From Candidatus Kerfeldbacteria bacterium (GTDB lineage Bacteria > Patescibacteriota > Patescibacteriia > UBA10025 > JAHIVO01): 64,000 bases of DNA. The translations under genes and the position numbers were made by a program. The notes beneath the pieces were generated by a model. That model was given only the letters and a program-made list of their open reading frames with translations. It had not been told where the DNA came from and searched no databases. The DNA lies in the NCBI GenBank assembly GCA_047946875.1, contig CP181398.1, forward strand, positions 969,041 through 1,033,040. Direction: 5' to 3'. This document shows positions 63,752 to 64,000 of the stretch, in pieces (the first letter of the stretch is position 1; every line of letters starts with the position of its first letter).

Positions 63752-64000
63752 ATGCCAGATAATAAACTTATCAACACACTTATAAACCTTGGCTTAAGCG
63801 AAAACGAAGCTAAGGTTTATTTTGCTTCCCTATCACTTGGTCCTACCACTATCCTAAATATCGCCAGGGCCTCCGAAACCAAAAGGACAACAGTTTATTC
63901 GGTTGTAGAGTCATTGAAAGAAAAAGGATTGATGAGATTGAATATAAAAGGATTCAAACAATTTTATGTTGCGGAAGATCCAAACAAATTGGAATCAATT
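63752..64000 (+). CDS. TrmB-family HTH transcriptional regulator (3' end truncated by the window edge)
   Basis: MPDNKLINTLINLGLSENEAKVYFASLSLGPTTILNIARASETKRTTVYSVVESLKEKGLMRL is a typical TrmB N-terminal winged-HTH. It is not in the ORF track because no stop codon falls within the window. Confidence 0.65.
   Translation, partial: MPDNKLINTLINLGLSENEAKVYFASLSLGPTTILNIARASETKRTTVYSVVESLKEKGLMRLNIKGFKQFYVAEDPNKLESI

Noticed and set aside
1-64000. CRISPR arrays, rRNA genes, and IS/transposase or integrase genes
   Set aside because: No regularly spaced direct repeats with unique spacers, no rRNA-like conserved segments and no transposase/integrase-like ORFs were seen. The only tandem repeats are in-frame coding repeats and the triple TTGACAAAAC operator-like repeat.

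Overview
This window appears to come from a low-GC, gene-dense bacterial genome. The evidence for bacterial origin is a Pol I gene, the convergent rpsT/holA pair with near-abutting stops (2 nt apart), ddl, ssb, prs, purF and a tRNA-Leu with an encoded CCA end. Almost all genes lie on the minus strand. The accessory content (giant surface proteins, lamin-tail-domain protein, pilin-like protein, membrane-fused spermidine-synthase homologue) fits a small-genome, possibly CPR/Patescibacteria-like or other host-associated organism. This lineage call is an inference only.

Housekeeping genes (purF, a TagD/RibL-like cytidylyltransferase, rpsT, holA, polA, YdjM-like hydrolase, metallophosphoesterase, ddl, HD hydrolase, ssb, M23 peptidase, prs, tRNA-Leu, MTS-type methyltransferase) are interleaved with three accessory regions:

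(1) 0.3-10.2 kb: a minus-strand surface-protein locus. It holds an HTH regulator with three tandem TTGACAAAAC repeats in its promoter, three secreted proteins (104, 371 and 1709 aa) that share a C-terminal module ending ...VTYTxAxDF, a membrane-fused spermidine-synthase homologue, and a secreted protein with a C-terminal transmembrane anchor and a Lys-rich tail.

(2) 17.4-20.7 kb: an island of elevated GC. It carries a candidate small RNA bracketed by a promoter and a terminator, and three genes of unknown function.

(3) 33.8-58.8 kb: the most striking feature. Seven tightly spaced, co-directional paralogous genes encode N-terminally membrane-anchored secreted zinc metalloproteases: four reprolysin-like metzincins with HExxHxxGxxH, two thermolysin-like HExxH...ExxxD enzymes with PD40 beta-propeller repeats, and one NHL-propeller HExxH protein. 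Six carry a conserved ~150-aa C-terminal module with about 30 cysteines, ending CC-x-T-P-V-Y-R in five (a variant in the sixth); the seventh carries a dockerin-like domain. Upstream sit a subtilisin gene (S8 catalytic triad, FG-GAP repeats, Cys-rich tail) and a GspG-like pseudopilin gene. A conserved ~45-bp sigma70-like promoter cassette recurs three times in the region. The paralogues share ~330-bp near-identical DNA segments, which points to gene conversion.

No CRISPR arrays, rRNA genes or clear mobile elements were seen.
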